Positions 29,316 through 54,631 of a DNA stretch of 64,000 bases are shown piece after piece. The translations under genes and the position numbers were made by a program. Position 1 is the stretch's first letter, and each line of letters opens with the position of its first letter. Source of the stretch: Salpingoeca rosetta. Its lineage: Eukaryota; Protista; Choanoflagellata. Where the stretch lies: positions 312,564-376,563 of the forward strand of contig JAWQFM010000005.1 of the NCBI GenBank assembly GCA_033442325.1, given 5' to 3'. The notes below the pieces were generated by a model. The model ran no database searches and was not told the origin of the DNA. It was given only the letters and a program-made list of their open reading frames with translations.

Positions 29316-29935
29316 TTTACAGCTGCCGCTTCTGCTGTCACATCCACGCTCCTTTGCTTTTCGCTGACCCTCACCTTTATCCCTCAACCCCCCCCCCGGT
29401 CAACTCAATGCAGTTGCTGAGCTCATCTGAGGCCACAACTGCGCCGCTCCGTTGGTGTCGTTGTTCGTACGTGTGTGAATCTCTGTGTCTGTGTGTGTGT
29501 GTGTGCGTGTTCCGTGTTGAGGTGTGACTGTGCGCTTGTGGTTTGACTTTGTGTGTTTTGTGTACTGTAGTACTGTTCACGTCGCCCTTATTCGACTGTT
29601 CGTCCCCGCGCAAACTGCTGGGTCGTGTGTTGTTGCTGCTTCAAATGTTGTCGTCGTGAGGCCACTGTGGATGACAAACGTGTTCTGTTATGCAGTGTAA
29701 ATCTTTGTCAGCCCACGCCACGCCGTCACATCATCGAACCACCCGCATTAGCCGCCAACGACAAGCATGGGTGTCAGATAGCTTTGTCTGAGTGTGTTGC
29801 TTACGTCAAGCAGCGAAACTAAGAGGGGAAAGAAGAAGCAAAAAGAGGAAGAAGAGGAAGGGTGGCAACGATAACCATGCTGGCGTGTGCACGGTGGCCT
29901 GTCGCTCACTGCGAGAACAATGCCACCACATTGCA

Positions 29936-29977
<42 letters not shown>

Positions 29978-30070
29978 TTCTCACGCCCCGCGACTCGTTC
30001 TTGTCAACATCACCACCACAACAATCCTCAAACAAGCAACAAGCTGAACATTCAAGCAAGTGAACACGTT

Positions 30071-30149
<79 letters not shown>

Positions 30150-30169
30150 AGCGACAACAGCACGGCGCC

Positions 30170-30306
30170 CTAGACTGATGATGACGACTGTATTGGGTCC
30201 TCGTCCATTGTCAACGATCCGTTTGACTTTGGCGACTCGTCGGCATTGTGGCGCAGCGGCACCGTCTCGTCCACCGCCTCAGACTGCAGCCGCTTCCGCC
30301 TAGTAT

Positions 30307-30390
<84 letters not shown>

Positions 30391-30645
30391 CATGAAGGTA
30401 TGGCGGCAGCAACAACAAACAGGTCAAACCAGGATTCGTATCCACGCATGGCATTGACGCTCACCGCTCCTCGAGCTTCTGCTTGATGAGCAGCGTCTGC
30501 TTTGGGCCGAGCTCGTAATAGCGCGTGAACAGCTGCGGACACACATGTGCACAAACAGATACGGTGAGGTGCGCAACTTGTCAAGGCAGAGCAAAAACGA
30601 GGTGTTCATGATGCACACACACACTCACACACACACACACACACA

Positions 30646-30693
<48 letters not shown>

Positions 30694-32549
30694 TACTCAC
30701 TCGCTCACTCACTAGACAAATACACACACGCACGCGCACGCCTGACTGGCTGACCAAGCTGAGGAAGAGGAGAATGGTGGGCACCACAGACACCAGATAC
30801 TTGAGCGTCTCGCGCACGGTCGGCGGTTGCGGCTGTGTGTGTGTGTGTGTGTGTGATGATGATGATGATGATGGTGGTGATGATGATGATGACGATGATG
30901 AATGTTGCAACGCGAGAATGTGAGCGACGGAGGGACGCATGCGACGTATGCATTGTGCATGTGTGTGCATTGTGCATGTGCTTGTACATTGTGTGTGTGT
31001 GTGTGTGTGCATTGTGTTGGCAGCGCTGCAAGTGCATTTCATTACCACGCCGCAGCACGGCTTCGTCTTGTAATCGGCAAAGTTGAGGGCGAGGGTCGAC
31101 AGCGAAATGGCAATGCCCTGGAAGAAGAGGGGGTGGTGAAGGCGGCGGTGGAATGGTGTCAGAGATGGTGACGTTGTGGAAACAAACGACCGTAACAAAC
31201 AGGAGTAAAACACACACATGCACACACACACATATGCAACACGCACGCACGCACACACACACACACACAAACATATACACACATGCAACACACATGCAAC
31301 ACACACACACAAACATATACACACACACAAACATATACACACATGCAACAACACGGCCAAATCGTGATGATTGCAGGACTCACCGAACCAAACTTCTGGA
31401 AGAAGACGAAGAACGAGTAGTAGACGGAGTCCTTGCGTGTACCGTAACGCCACTCTGCCTCATCTGAAGCGAAACACCGATGATGACGGAAGGGGGGGAG
31501 TGATGTGATGGTGTGCGTGAGTGGCAGGTTGTTTCACACAAGGGGTTGCCGTGTGACGACTGCTGGAATAAAGCAGGCCACACGGCGGTGGATTGGCGCG
31601 AGTGCAGGTGCATGACCACAATCACACGTGTTCGCACCAATGACATCGGGAAGCATTGCCCACGGGATGAGATAGACAGCGCCCAGCCCAATCGACGCTG
31701 CAGTTAAGCGTCGCAGTCACAGTGGTCGTTGTTGGTCGTTGGTGGTTGTGGTCGTGGTCGTGGTCGTGGTCAAAGTCGTGGGGGGCACAGTGAGGATAGC
31801 GTTTGCGACAAGTGTTCGGAGAGTTACGCGCGCGCACGTGCACACACACACACCTACACACACACACACACACACACGCACGCACACACCATGCGCACAC
31901 CTGTGAAGATTCCGAGGTGAATGACCCAGGGTTGGGTGTCGCTTGGAAGAAAGAAGTTGGCCATTGTCCACGGAACCTGAATCTGCGCATCGTGATATTG
32001 TGGTGGTGGTGGTTGTGGTGGTTATGGTGGTGACGTTGATGAATGCAGACACAGGGCAGGGCGGTTAGTGCTGATGCTGCTCGGGCCGGTGTAGGTTCAT
32101 GCACACATAGCACTGAGAAGGTTACGCAACAACAACACACAAGCACGCGCATCCACACATGAACCAACGCCCAGCAACACGTACGCACCACGAGGCCGAG
32201 TGCAAAGCTGAGGGGCTTGCCGATCTTGTTCATCACTTTGAACCAGAGCGGAAGCGTCGCCGTCGTCGTGCACAGCAGCGTAATCTGTTGAACACACACG
32301 CACACACAGATGTACGTAGAACGTGTACACGAATGATTATGAGGCTCATACGAGGTAGGTATGTGTGGATATGTGGATATGTGTGTGCAGTAATTGCCGT
32401 GACGATGGTGATGACAACAGCAGCAAGTTGAGCGCACCAGGAAGTATTGGAAATCGCCTGCGAGCCCAAACCCGTGATTCAACCAGAGAATGAAGTTCGT
32501 CTGAAGCAACCAATGACGAGATGCAAGCGCAGATTTCGAATGAGTACGC

Positions 32550-32612
<63 letters not shown>

Positions 32613-33376
32613 TGTGTGTACGTGTGTGTGTGTGTGTGTGTGTGTTGACGCTCGACACATTCATCACCGCCGATTGCGCGACTGCATCACCACGGTTGAG
32701 AGCAGACCTGGTTGACGTTGTTGGCCATCCACGCCCACAAAAACATCAGCGTCAACGTCTGCGATGTGTGTGCGTATGTGTGCGTATGCGTATGTGCACA
32801 GGGAATGAAGAAGAGACGCAACAGCATAGAAGAGAAGTACATCATCAACTTGATTGAGCGCATACACGTACGCATGCATGTACGCATAGATGTGCGCACC
32901 ACCACCACCGTCCCCCCCCCCCCCCACACACACACACGCAAAACATCTCGCAGGTAGGCTTTGCTGCGAATCCTACCCTGTATGTCTTGTGCTTGAGAAG
33001 CGACTTGAAGGTCTTCCAGAAGGACTGTGGCGGCGGGATTTTGACTTTGCACACACAAACACACACAAATGTAAAAGGGAGGCAGGAGACAGACAGCCAC
33101 ATAGGAACATGCACACATACACATACACACACGTACAATCACAAAAGTCAGTAACCTGTGAGGCCCAACACAGCAAGCGATGCGCCAACAACCCGATTGC
33201 CCTCAAACACCACCACCATCACCATCACTACCACTGTCGCCACCATCAACATGTACGTACTTGATTTGTCTTCGGGGACCCCCAACACGAGCACGGCGCC
33301 GAGCACAATGCTGACGACCGCAACAAATCCGCCAGATATAAGATACCCGCGCTTCGCCTGCGCAGATGCGGTGACG

Positions 33377-33469
<93 letters not shown>

Positions 33470-33723
33470 GCGNNNNNNNNNNNNNNNNNNNNNNNNNNNN
33501 NNNNNNNNNNNNNNNNNNNNNNNNNNNNNNNNNNNNNNNNNNNNNNNNNNNNNNNNNNNNNNNNNNNNNNNNNNNNNNNNNNNNNNNNNNNNNNNNNNNN
33601 NNNNNNNNNNNNNNNNNNNNNNNNNNNNNNNNNNNNNNNNNNNNNNNNNNNNNNNNNNNNNNNNNNNNNNNNNNNNNNNNNNNNNNNNNNNNNNNNNNNN
33701 NTGGTGGTGGTGGTGGTGGTGGT

Positions 33724-33784
<61 letters not shown>

Positions 33785-35928
33785 TTGTGTGTGTGTGTGA
33801 TTGTTTGGCGTCAGCATGGAGGAGGAAGGTGATGTGGTGGGCATGGAAACATCAACAGGTCTGCCGACCAGAAACGGTCTCGTGCATTGCACCACAACAC
33901 TGCATGCCACCACCACCAGTAATAACAACACAACCGACAACAACACCACCAACAACACCACCACCACCACCATCATCTTCGCCACCCACCCATGATGACG
34001 GATCCCGACATGAGTGCGAGCGTCTCGATGACCATTCGAAACGCCGTCGCCTGATCGCGTTGCTGTTGGAAACAAACAGCAGCAGCGCACGCGTGGAAAG
34101 ATGAGCCAGTGTTTTGCTGAGTGAGTGTGTGTGTGTGTGTGTGTGCGTGTCTGTGTGTGTCCGTGCGTGTCTGTGGTGTCTGTGTCTGCGTGTGTGAGTG
34201 AGTGAGTGAGTGAGTGTGTGTGTGTGTGTGAGTGTGTGTGTGTGTGTGTCTGCTGTGTGGGTGTGAGGTGCGGCAGTCACGGTGCTTGTTACCTTTGGAT
34301 CGCGACTGATGTGCATGGTGAGGGCGGTGTAGGGAACCTGATAGCACTGAAGAGAAAACAGGCACACCAACAAAGGATGCGGTGCATGGAGAGGTGTTGC
34401 AATGTGAGACCAAGAATGTGCACGAGAGAAGGCAGACGCAAACACGGTCGACAACACAAAACACAACACATCAACACAGCCCACAACACACAACACACAA
34501 CACACATGAACGCAGCAAACAACACAACACATGCAGCACGCATACCGAGAAGAAGGTCTGGTAGAGGAGATACAAGATGATGTAGTAGACACCTCGTTGG
34601 CCCTCCGCTGATGGTGACAACAACAGAGGACAGCAAACAAGCAGCACGCGAGACCGGGAGAAGGAACACATCCCAACGCGAGTTGTTTGGTGAGAAGAGC
34701 GCATGTGATGCACATCGCGGCAGTGCACGGTATCCGTCATCGTCATCTCCCACACATGGACACACATACACACACACACACACCACCAGCACCACCACCA
34801 CCAGACTGAACACACACACTTACAGAAGGGCGGTACGATCCAGAAGCAAAAGTACACAATCGCACTCGGCACAATGGCCATGGTGATCCTGGTGCAGCAA
34901 GAAGGAAAGGAGGTGAGTCGATGCGAGCGAAACCACACCCTGCCAGCACCTACGCTTCATACATACACACACGCATTCAACACCACACAACATGCACCAC
35001 ATTCAACAACACAACATGCCATAGGTTTGCCCACACTGACACACACGCACGCACGCGCGTCTGCTGCTCACCATGGTTTGAGAGACCCCCAGCGCGTGTT
35101 TGTTCGAGAAACCAACAGCCCGACCTAAAGTGGTGATCGCAGGCCACAAACCAGTGAGCGAGCAGTGCGTTGCAAGTTGGGGAGCAAAGACTGCCGACAC
35201 ACACACAACACAACAGAAACACTGGCACAAAGCCAATGGACAACTCCCACAAACAAACCAACAAACAAACAAACAAACAAACAAACAAACAAACAAACAA
35301 ACAAACAAACAAACAAACACACACACATGCACACACATGCACATGCACACACACACATGCACATGCACACACATACACATGCAACCTATGCTCAATATGC
35401 ATGTGAGCGATTTACAGCACGCACCACTGGATCGGTGATGGCATCCCATACTCTGCCCAAGAACGTGCAAATGCTCACAATGTACGGCGACACCTAATGT
35501 GCGAGTGTACGGGCATGTGCATGAATGCGTGTGTTGAGTGAGTGTGTGAGGGTGTAAGAGAGACAAGTGGAGAGAGCAGAGCAAGTGAGTTGCGATCCAC
35601 ATGGCCAGATCAAAACATGCGCGTGTGTGTGCGCCTGCGCCTGCGTCTGCGCTGATCGATTGTCAACGCGCAACCAACCAAGCATACACACGTGCGCGTG
35701 CAAACAAACGGAAACCCTGGACAAACAAAACCACACATCAGCAGCCAAACGCACGCGCGGACGCGACCCACCCTCAACTTGGCCTACCGCTGCAATCTCG
35801 AGAAGGAACGGTGAGAGGAAAAAGCCGACGGCAGTATGGGTGGCCATGCTGCCAAAGGCACCCAATGCAAACGCCCATTTGCGTCCGAGTGGCGCAGGAT
35901 CATGCACCACCTCGCTTGTGCGGGCCAT
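30170..35928 (-). CDS. MFSD2: MFSD2-like (MelB/GPH family) Na+-coupled MFS transporter, multi-exon, spans an N gap
   Basis: KWAFALGAFGSMATHTAVGFFLSPFLLEIA, FLGRVWDAITDP, CYQVPYTALTMHIS, QTNFILW, YLIPWAMLPDVI, FYYSFFVFFQKF, VRETLKYLV; stop at 30170-30172. Confidence 0.85.
33473..33701. other. Assembly gap (N run)
   Basis: Ns flanked by microsatellites. Confidence 1.
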
Positions 35929-36269
35929 GATGATGAGGATGACGATCCCTATCTCTTGCGCTGTGCTGTGCGCTGTGCTGTGTGCAACCACAGCGGCACA
36001 AACACCCTTTGAGTCTCACACAACACCACTAACACCAAGCACCAAGCTCAACCACAACCAACACCACGAATCGTCTTCCTCTTCCTCCTCCAACAACAAA
36101 ACAGCAGCGCGATATCCGGGTTTGGAGTTTTATGGTGTCGTCAGCCGCGGAATTCGACGCTGTCGTGCATTCCGTTTTTTCGCCAAGACGACGACGACCA
36201 ACGCACAGCCATTCCACACCACACCCACCACAACCTCACTGCTTCAGCAGCCTCACCTCCACCGCCGCC

Positions 36270-38307
<2,038 letters not shown>

Positions 38308-38837
38308 CTGCCTTGTGCATCTCCCACCCCCCTTGCCCACCCTTCTTTAACTCTTCGTTGACAGCCTACCTGCACCGCCACATATGTTCCCTCCCCCCTT
38401 ATCATGGCTCCTGGTTTTGCTCTGCTTCCTCTCTTATTAGCCGCTTCCTGTTTAAGCTTCCCCGTTGCTTCCCGTGGTGTGATGAGCGTCTTTTGTTGTC
38501 TTGGCCTCCACACCATGTGACACTGCTTCTCAAGCAAGCAAAAACAACAACAAACAGCAAGCAAGGAATACACCATTCACCCATGCCCGTCACCCATCTG
38601 ACACACGTGTTGTGTTGTGTGTAATGTAACTGCGCCGTGTTGACAAGTTCGCTTCTCTCACACAACCCCCCCCCCACACACACACACACACACACACGAT
38701 CTCCAAATGAAGTTGGAGCACGTGTCAAGCTGGTTTGTCTGTGGCCAGATTGTCAGGGGATTAGGGTGGCGCGTTTACTCCAACACAAGAACAGCAATGT
38801 CTACAGCAACCAAACGATACAGGCGGAGGCAACATGC

Positions 38838-40315
38838 TTATGCCTGCTGCTGCTGGAGGCTGCGGACAATGTCAGAGTCACCAGGGTCCGTGATGGTGAG
38901 GACACCGACGCGATGGTAGCGACCGACGGCCGTGCCAAGCTCAATGTTGTCGCCCTTGAAGTGCTCCACAAGAGACTTGGACAGGAGAGCGTAGTACTCG
39001 AGCTCAGACTTCCTGCTCACGCGCCAATCACATGAACAAAAGGCGCACGCCAGGTTGGGGGAAGCAACAGGTAACAAGGCCAGAAAGATGACAGAAACAA
39101 TAATGAGAACGATACAGAACAAGCAAACCAGTGTGTTGGGTTTGTTGAGTGACAATGAGTGCAAGGGCAATCCCCTTCAAACACAGGTAATGATAGACAG
39201 CTACCCACAAACGCACGTACAACTTCATCAACAGCCACACAGCCACAAGCACGACGGCCACCATAACAAGCTCACTGACGCGGGACAATAGTACAGGCTG
39301 TTCACAGCCACAGCACAACCAGTAAACAGACAAACACGCGCACAAAACATCCAATATCAGATTTGCGTAGGCCTTTGCACGAACCTCAGAGCGGGGGCGT
39401 TGCTGGCGATGATCACGAGCTGTGCCTTGCCAAGACGAAGCATCTTGCGGGTCTGCTTGTAGCCAAGCACATACTGCATTGGAGGGAAGAGCAAGCACAG
39501 AGCCGACACAGAAGCATGGCAAACATTGACAATGCGCAACAAAAACAAGGTCAGCAAACGACAATGTCAAACAATGATGCCACGACTCATTCAAACACTG
39601 CTTAGAGCGAAGAACGAGCTGCTGGTGCTGACTGTGTGAGCTGATGCGGTCTGCTTGCTGTTTCTGCTGCTGATGGTGTTCTCTACAGTTGCACGCACAC
39701 CGAAACGAGCAGGTTCAGGCCTTTGCTGCGCCATCATCTCCGTCGTCAGCATCCATCATCTTCGCGCATCACACGCACACGCACAAACAATACACAGGAC
39801 ACACATAAACATGTACAGTTGCCACACTTTCCATCCACACGTCACATTGCTGCAGCGATGCTGGTGCTGGTGCTGTTGTGTGCTTCGAACACGCCTTTGT
39901 CTATCTATGGCCATCCATTTCTGCTCATCATGCCTCTCTGCCACTGCGTCTTGAAATGGTGGATGAGACTTGCGCGCCCACAAACTCCTCGGCCTTGCGG
40001 CAACACGTGCGTGGAAGACACGTAGGAGTAAACGGGGGTTGCAACGCTCACCGGCACCGACGCTGCTGCTGTCATGGCAGGTGTAGTTGCGGTAGCCGGC
40101 AGCCACGTGCACGTGGGTGTGTTTGGGGTTGCTGCTGCTGGGGGTGTTCTGTGTTCGTTGGGTTGTGTGGGTGGTGTGTGCTTTTTTCCACGGATGCTTT
40201 GCTCGTTCTAAGCGACAATCACACACTCGCACCTTCCTCATACCTTGCCACTCTTGATCGCGAGAGCGAGCTTGGTGTTGAGGTTATCACCCGTCTTCTT
40301 GCCCTTCTTGGCCAT
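38838..40315 (-). CDS. RPL30: 60S ribosomal protein L30 (eL30), 3 exons
   Basis: [24 protein letters not shown] | [30 protein letters not shown] | [12 protein letters not shown]...[25 protein letters not shown]. Confidence 0.97.
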
Positions 40316-40727
40316 GGTGGAGCTTTGAGAGGAGAGAGGGAAGGTGGTCTCGTGTGCTGCTTGTGTTCGAGCTCGCGTGTGGAAAAAGGAACATCCGACA
40401 AGATCTTCCCCACAATTCGTATGCCTCTTTTATTATGGACGCTGCCAAGGAAAAATCCTAAAATGCACAAACCTTTCATTTATGAACAGTGCTGACTCAG
40501 GCGACCATTTGGGTGTGTGTCTGCGTCTGTGTGTGTGTGTGTGTCTGTGTGTGTGTGTGTCTGTGTGTGTCTGTGTGTGTATGTCTGTGTGTTCTGTCTG
40601 TGTGTTCTGTCTGTGTGTGTGTGTGTGTCTGTGTCTGCACGTGTCTGTGTCTGTTTGTGTCTGTCTGTGTGTACAAGTGCTACATGCCCGATGCACAATG
40701 ATCCTCGGTACTCGCGTCCGCACTTGT

Positions 40728-41740
40728 TCATAATCGCTCCTGTTGTTGTTCCTGCTGTCGATGTTGCCATGACGCGTCCCCTGATTGCTGGTGGGGGCTC
40801 TGTGACTTGATCATATCCATGGTGCGCTGCAGCTCCTCAAAGTTCCATTGCATTCGATCCATTTCCTGTGTGCGTGTTTGCGTGCATGTATGTGTTTGTG
40901 AGTAAGCGCTGTGTGCGTTCGCAAGTGTCAAGACCCAACAGCAAGCACACACACCCTCTCAAACACACTCTCTCAAATACGCATGCACACACAGAAACAA
41001 ACTCCCAACAGAAACACGCATGCACACTGGTGGATACCCACCCGTTGGTGCGAGCTGCGTGTCTCCTCGAGCTCTCGTAACAACTGATCATTGCTCAGCG
41101 TGAGCGACCTGTGTCGAGGTGGTGCGCGCGGGTAGAAACAAAACACGTCAGCACGTGTAGCGGTTACGAACGAGCACACGCATGGGACTGTTGCTCCCTT
41201 GATCGCTTGTGATCATGTGACATACAAACACATGCACACACGCGTGCACCTGTGACTTTGGCGTAACATCTCCTGTGCCTCCTGCAGGTCTTTCAAGCAC
41301 GCCTCCTGCCTCGCTTCCGCGGCTCGAGACTCCTACGCCGACACAGAACACACACACAGGAAGACAGACATGAGCTTATGCGTTGATTTGTATCGCACAC
41401 ACATACACACGCGCAAACAGAATGGGAATGCACACGTTCACACCTCACACGCTCACACCTCACACACAGCTGAATCACACAGACACAAACAAGCAACCAA
41501 CGCACGCATGCGCGCGCACACAAACAAACACAACTGAATCACACACGACAAACTGGTATACGTGCCTGCAGCTGGGCTTTGAGATGTGCGTTCTCTGCTG
41601 CCAACTGCGGGCTTTCCGAAGCCTGTTGCGACATCAGAGACGTAAAAAGACATATGAGTGTTGTTCGGCACAAGACAGTGCACCACACGGGCATGCACAG
41701 ACACATACATGCATCAGCGCACACGTATACACACAACAAA

Positions 41741-41775
<35 letters not shown>

Positions 41776-44318
41776 GCACAACACGTGTACCTGCAGCAAT
41801 TGGGCTTTCAGCTGTGCAGCTTGGGACTCGTACTGCTTCAGCAGCTACCCCCCAACATTACACACACACACACACAAGCACACGCACACGCAAGCACATG
41901 AATATGTGAGCACGCACGTGGTCAAGCGTACGAGATGGACGGACAAGCGAGGAAGACTCACATGCAAGTGTGTCTCAGGTGCGTACTGACTGCAGAGGCA
42001 ACACCCTCCAACAGAAGAGAAGCAGCGTGCAGGCGGGGAGGCCGCACACCTCGCGAGCATCGAGGAGGACTTGCTTCATCGCGTCCAGCGGCTGTTGGTA
42101 GAGCCCCCACGATGGTGACGCACATGCAACACACGCACACAACATGAGCGTGAGTGCAATACGCAGGCGTGATTGCAAGTAGAAACACACACAAAGGCAT
42201 ACATACATGGATTCAGGTGTTCACACAACAAGTATGCGTGTGTGCGTGTGTGTACGCAGGTGAGGCACCTTGAGCGTGTGGTCGAGAGGTAGCCCCATTT
42301 CCTGTATCTGTCGGACCGGTGTGGGATATGACATGGCCATTGTGGGAATGGCAGAGTATGGGAGTGCCGTGCATGTGCGGTAATTGGAGAGGGAGAGAAA
42401 AGGCGTAATTTGAGCAAGGCTGAGTGAAGGGCGAACAAAAGAATACACGTACACATTAACACACGACAGCACACTCACGTTCACGTACTAGCAAACACAT
42501 ACACACACACACACACATACACACACGCCAACGCACGCTCTGTCTGCCTTGCATCCACTTGCATGTGCATGAGCATGAGGGCACGGTACCATGTTCTTAA
42601 TGGCAGTGTTGGTGCGGATTGTCTCGTCAACAGCGCGTCGTCGCTCTTCCTCCTCCCGTTGCAGATGCAGCACCGTCCGATCAAGGCTCTCCTGTCATTG
42701 GAGATGGTGGTCGTGGTGGTGAAAGATGTGGGTGATGGTGGTGGTGGTGGTGGGCATGAATTGAAAGGGAGTAGAGCAAACGCACATTCACACACTTACA
42801 CATTCATACACACACATTTACACACATTCATACACACATTTACACACATTCACGCACACACATTTACACATTCATTCACACACACACACACCAAGCACAC
42901 GTACCTGCAGGGCTTCTGCGTCGTGGAGGCGGCGGCGGTGGGGAGCAATCACGTGCTGCATGACGCTGCTGCTGATACGCGACTGAAACGCGTCGTCCAT
43001 CGTCTCGGGATTGAGCACCGCCCGCCGGCACAGCGCCATAATCTCAGACACGCACCGCTGCAGCTGTATGGACGCCGCAATCGACATCTCATCATCGCCA
43101 CCATCACCATACCCACCATCATACCCACCACCACCACCATCATCACCATCCTCAGCACCATTTCCACCACCGCCACCATCGCCGTCGGTGTTGTCGTGGC
43201 GTGGTGCTGTTGATCGAGTGGATGCGGCTGGAGTGAGGGCTGCAGTGCCGTCAACGTGATCGCGTCCATGCCGGCGACTGGTCGGCCCCATTTCTCCGCC
43301 AACGGCGCTGTCCACTGGCACCCCAGCACCCACCGCACCCACCGCACCCACCGCACCCACGGCGCCCACTGCACGATCACCCTTTCTATCCCCACGCCTA
43401 CCGCCCGCCCCACCTGCTACCGCTGCTGCTGTTGATGATGCACGACTGCGACCGAGCGGTGACGGTCGCCGACGCCTGCTCGCGTGTGCGCTGGCCGTGC
43501 TGCTGACACTGATGATGATGCATGGTGGGGATGTGGTGATGAGGTGATGTGGTGACGTTAGAGGGAGACGGGTTGGTGCTCGGTGTGAAACATTCGCATG
43601 CCCGGCTACCAGTACAAGCCTCACTCCAGACCAAACCCTCTCTGTTATGCAAACCACACCACACATCGCCACAACAGTATCCACCACAACAGTATCAAGA
43701 ACACCATCAAGAACACCCATCACCACGCCGCCTGCCGAGTTGCGCTTACGAGTCCACGGCGAGGGCGTCAATGTGGAGCGGCTGGCTGCCGCTGCCGTGA
43801 CTGCTGTTCACATCGCCATCACCGCCATCATAATCACCACCACCGCCACCACCATTGCCACTGGGACCGGCGCGTACATCACCGCGTAAACGAGCGCGAC
43901 TTGCGTTCAGCATGCGCCGCACTGCATCACCATCACCACGACCACCACCACGACCATCACCACGACCGCCACGACGCGTCACACCGTCACTGCCAATGCC
44001 ATCATCATTGTCATCATCGCCATCATCATCATCAGCCACTTCAGCGCCGCGCCGCCGCCCGCTTGACCGCATACTCGAGGCAGCGGTTCGCTGGAGCATG
44101 GGGACATGCATGAGGTGGCGTGGATACAGGGTGGCGTGGAGCGTGTGAGCCGGGACGATGGGTGATAGGAGTATGAATGGTGACGGTGGGTGGCAGAGTG
44201 AAGAGGGTTGAACAAGTACATGTCTGAGGATGAGTGGAACGTACAAAGTCGCTCTTGAGCATGCTGCTAAGCTGTACTGTGGTGTCGCCGAAGATCTGTT
44301 TCGCAGCACCTTGCAGAA

Positions 44319-44406
<88 letters not shown>

Positions 44407-45253
44407 ATGTGCATGTGTGGGTGTAACGGCAATTGCGAGGAACCACAAGCTATGAGCTGCTGGTTGAGCAGTATTGCCGCTGCACCATGCTCCGTTGGGC
44501 CAGACCACGACAGCACAAAGCTAAAAGCAGCACATAACACTTCAAACCACCACAGAAACACACTTTGTTCTCGGTCAGTCACTTCCACGTCGTCCAGCGT
44601 TTGAAGCCAGGGCAGGTGGAACACGGTGAACAGCCTGTAGTTGCGGTCTGCAGCATGTTGGGGGGGGGGGGGTGAGGCATGAAAGCAAACAACGATAAAC
44701 AGCACTGGCAGCATAGCATAGCTTGCAAGTTGTTTGTCCATTGTGTATGTATGTGTGTCTGTCTGTGTGTGTGTGTGTGTCTGTGTGTGTCTGTGTGTGT
44801 CTCGCTCTCTTGCTGTGTGACTATGATTGGACGCACACAAGATGGGGCATGTGCTCGCTGCTGTCTTGTGTGACAAACCTGAGCAGACGGGATTCAAGCG
44901 AAGGTCAAGTTCACGCAGCTTGCGGTTGTGTTTGAGGCGCAGCAGCTCTTGGCGCGAGGAGACGTTGTTGAAGTACAAGTTGAGGGTCATCAGTTCCGCC
45001 AAGTGTTCGAGCCCCTACACAAGGCGGGCGGTAGAATTGCAGCAAGGCATGCAAACAGCAAGTGAGACACACTGCCACTTCAGCTCGCTCACTGCGCATG
45101 CAGTCATGCCATGCCACCACGACGGCGCATGCATGAACGAACAATCAAAGTTTGAAATGCCAGCTGGCACACAGAGAGGTAAGACATACATTTTTGCACA
45201 CGAAAACACATGCACAATCACAGCCAACACAATCGCACAATCACACACATTCC

Positions 45254-45310
<57 letters not shown>

Positions 45311-45646
45311 CGGTTGATTCCAGCGCGTTGCAGGAAAGGTCCAGGTCACGGATGCGGTGCATGTGGGCAAGCGACAGCCCAAGTGTCTCAATCTTCTCCA
45401 CATGAGACCCGGGCAGCGAGAGCGCCCTCACTCGCCCTAAGCGTATGTAGCGTGGTGCGTGTGCGTGAGGTGGGGTCAGGGCTAGGGTTGGCAGACTCTT
45501 CATCAACGTGCAACACCGGTGAGCAGCACCCTTGACACACAAGCACACAAGCACACAAGCACACACACACCTTTGTCCTTGGGGCTGATCCCTGCCGCTG
45601 TGAGAACAAACGACTCTGTGGCGCGTATGCGCCTCACACTGCCCAT
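40728..45646 (-). CDS. CEP72: CEP72/LRRC36-like centrosomal LRR + coiled-coil protein, multi-exon
   Basis: ALSLPGSHVEKIETLG, LDLSCNAL, LNLYFNNV, LDLRLNPV, YRLFTVFHLPWLQTLDD (LRR + LRRcap); C-terminal QLLRELEETR...EMDRMQWNFEELQRTM resembles the CEP72 C-terminus. Confidence 0.8.
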
Positions 45647-45962
45647 CGCTGATCACGGCAGTCCTTCGACCTGTCACGCACAGACGACAACCACTGCCAG
45701 TCAGTGGCCGGAGGGGAGGAGGTGGTGTCGTCCTCGCTCAAAAGTCGTCGTGTTTGTAGAAAAGTTGGCGAAGATATGCGATAAACATCAGCAATCGAGC
45801 AACAACAACCACAACAACAACAGCTAACTCCTTCTCTTCAACTTTCATCACATCACTCACTCGCAGGTGTCGGTGTTCGCGGTGTTGGGGACACACCGAC
45901 AGACAGATACACACGAGGACAGCAGTGTGTGAAGCGGGAGCAAAGGAAGAAGAGGAGCAGGC

Positions 45963-54091
<8,129 letters not shown>

Positions 54092-54631
54092 TGCAATATG
54101 CAATATGCATGGACTTGTGCAAGGTATTCGCCTTCGCCATCGTCCCGCATGTTTCTACCCCAGCATGGCTTGTTCGCTCACATGGCTGTTTCGTTGCTTG
54201 TTTGCTGGCTCACTTGCTTGGTGGCTTGCTTGTTGGCTTCCTAATGTCTGTCCTTTCGACAATGTTGTTTGTTCCCTGATTTCGCGTACGTGCGCATGTG
54301 TGTGTGTCTGTGTGTCTGTATGTCTGTGTCTGTGTCTGTGCGTGTGTGTGCGCATGTGTGTGTTTGTGCGTGCGTGCGTGTGTCTGTGTCTGTGTATGTC
54401 TGTGTGTGTCTGTGTTTGTGTGTGTGCATACAACGACCTGTCCCTACACATTCCATGTCAGGTTGCGTTTCGTGTGTATTTTGAGGGTTGATTTCAATTA
54501 CGTACACCATTAGCGCAGCTTGCTGCCATTAGATCCATCCACTACAACACACCATATTACGGCCAAGTTGCATGTTCGTCTGCTGCGGACATGATTGGCT
54601 GTAAGCTGCTGATTCGATGCCACACGCCAGC

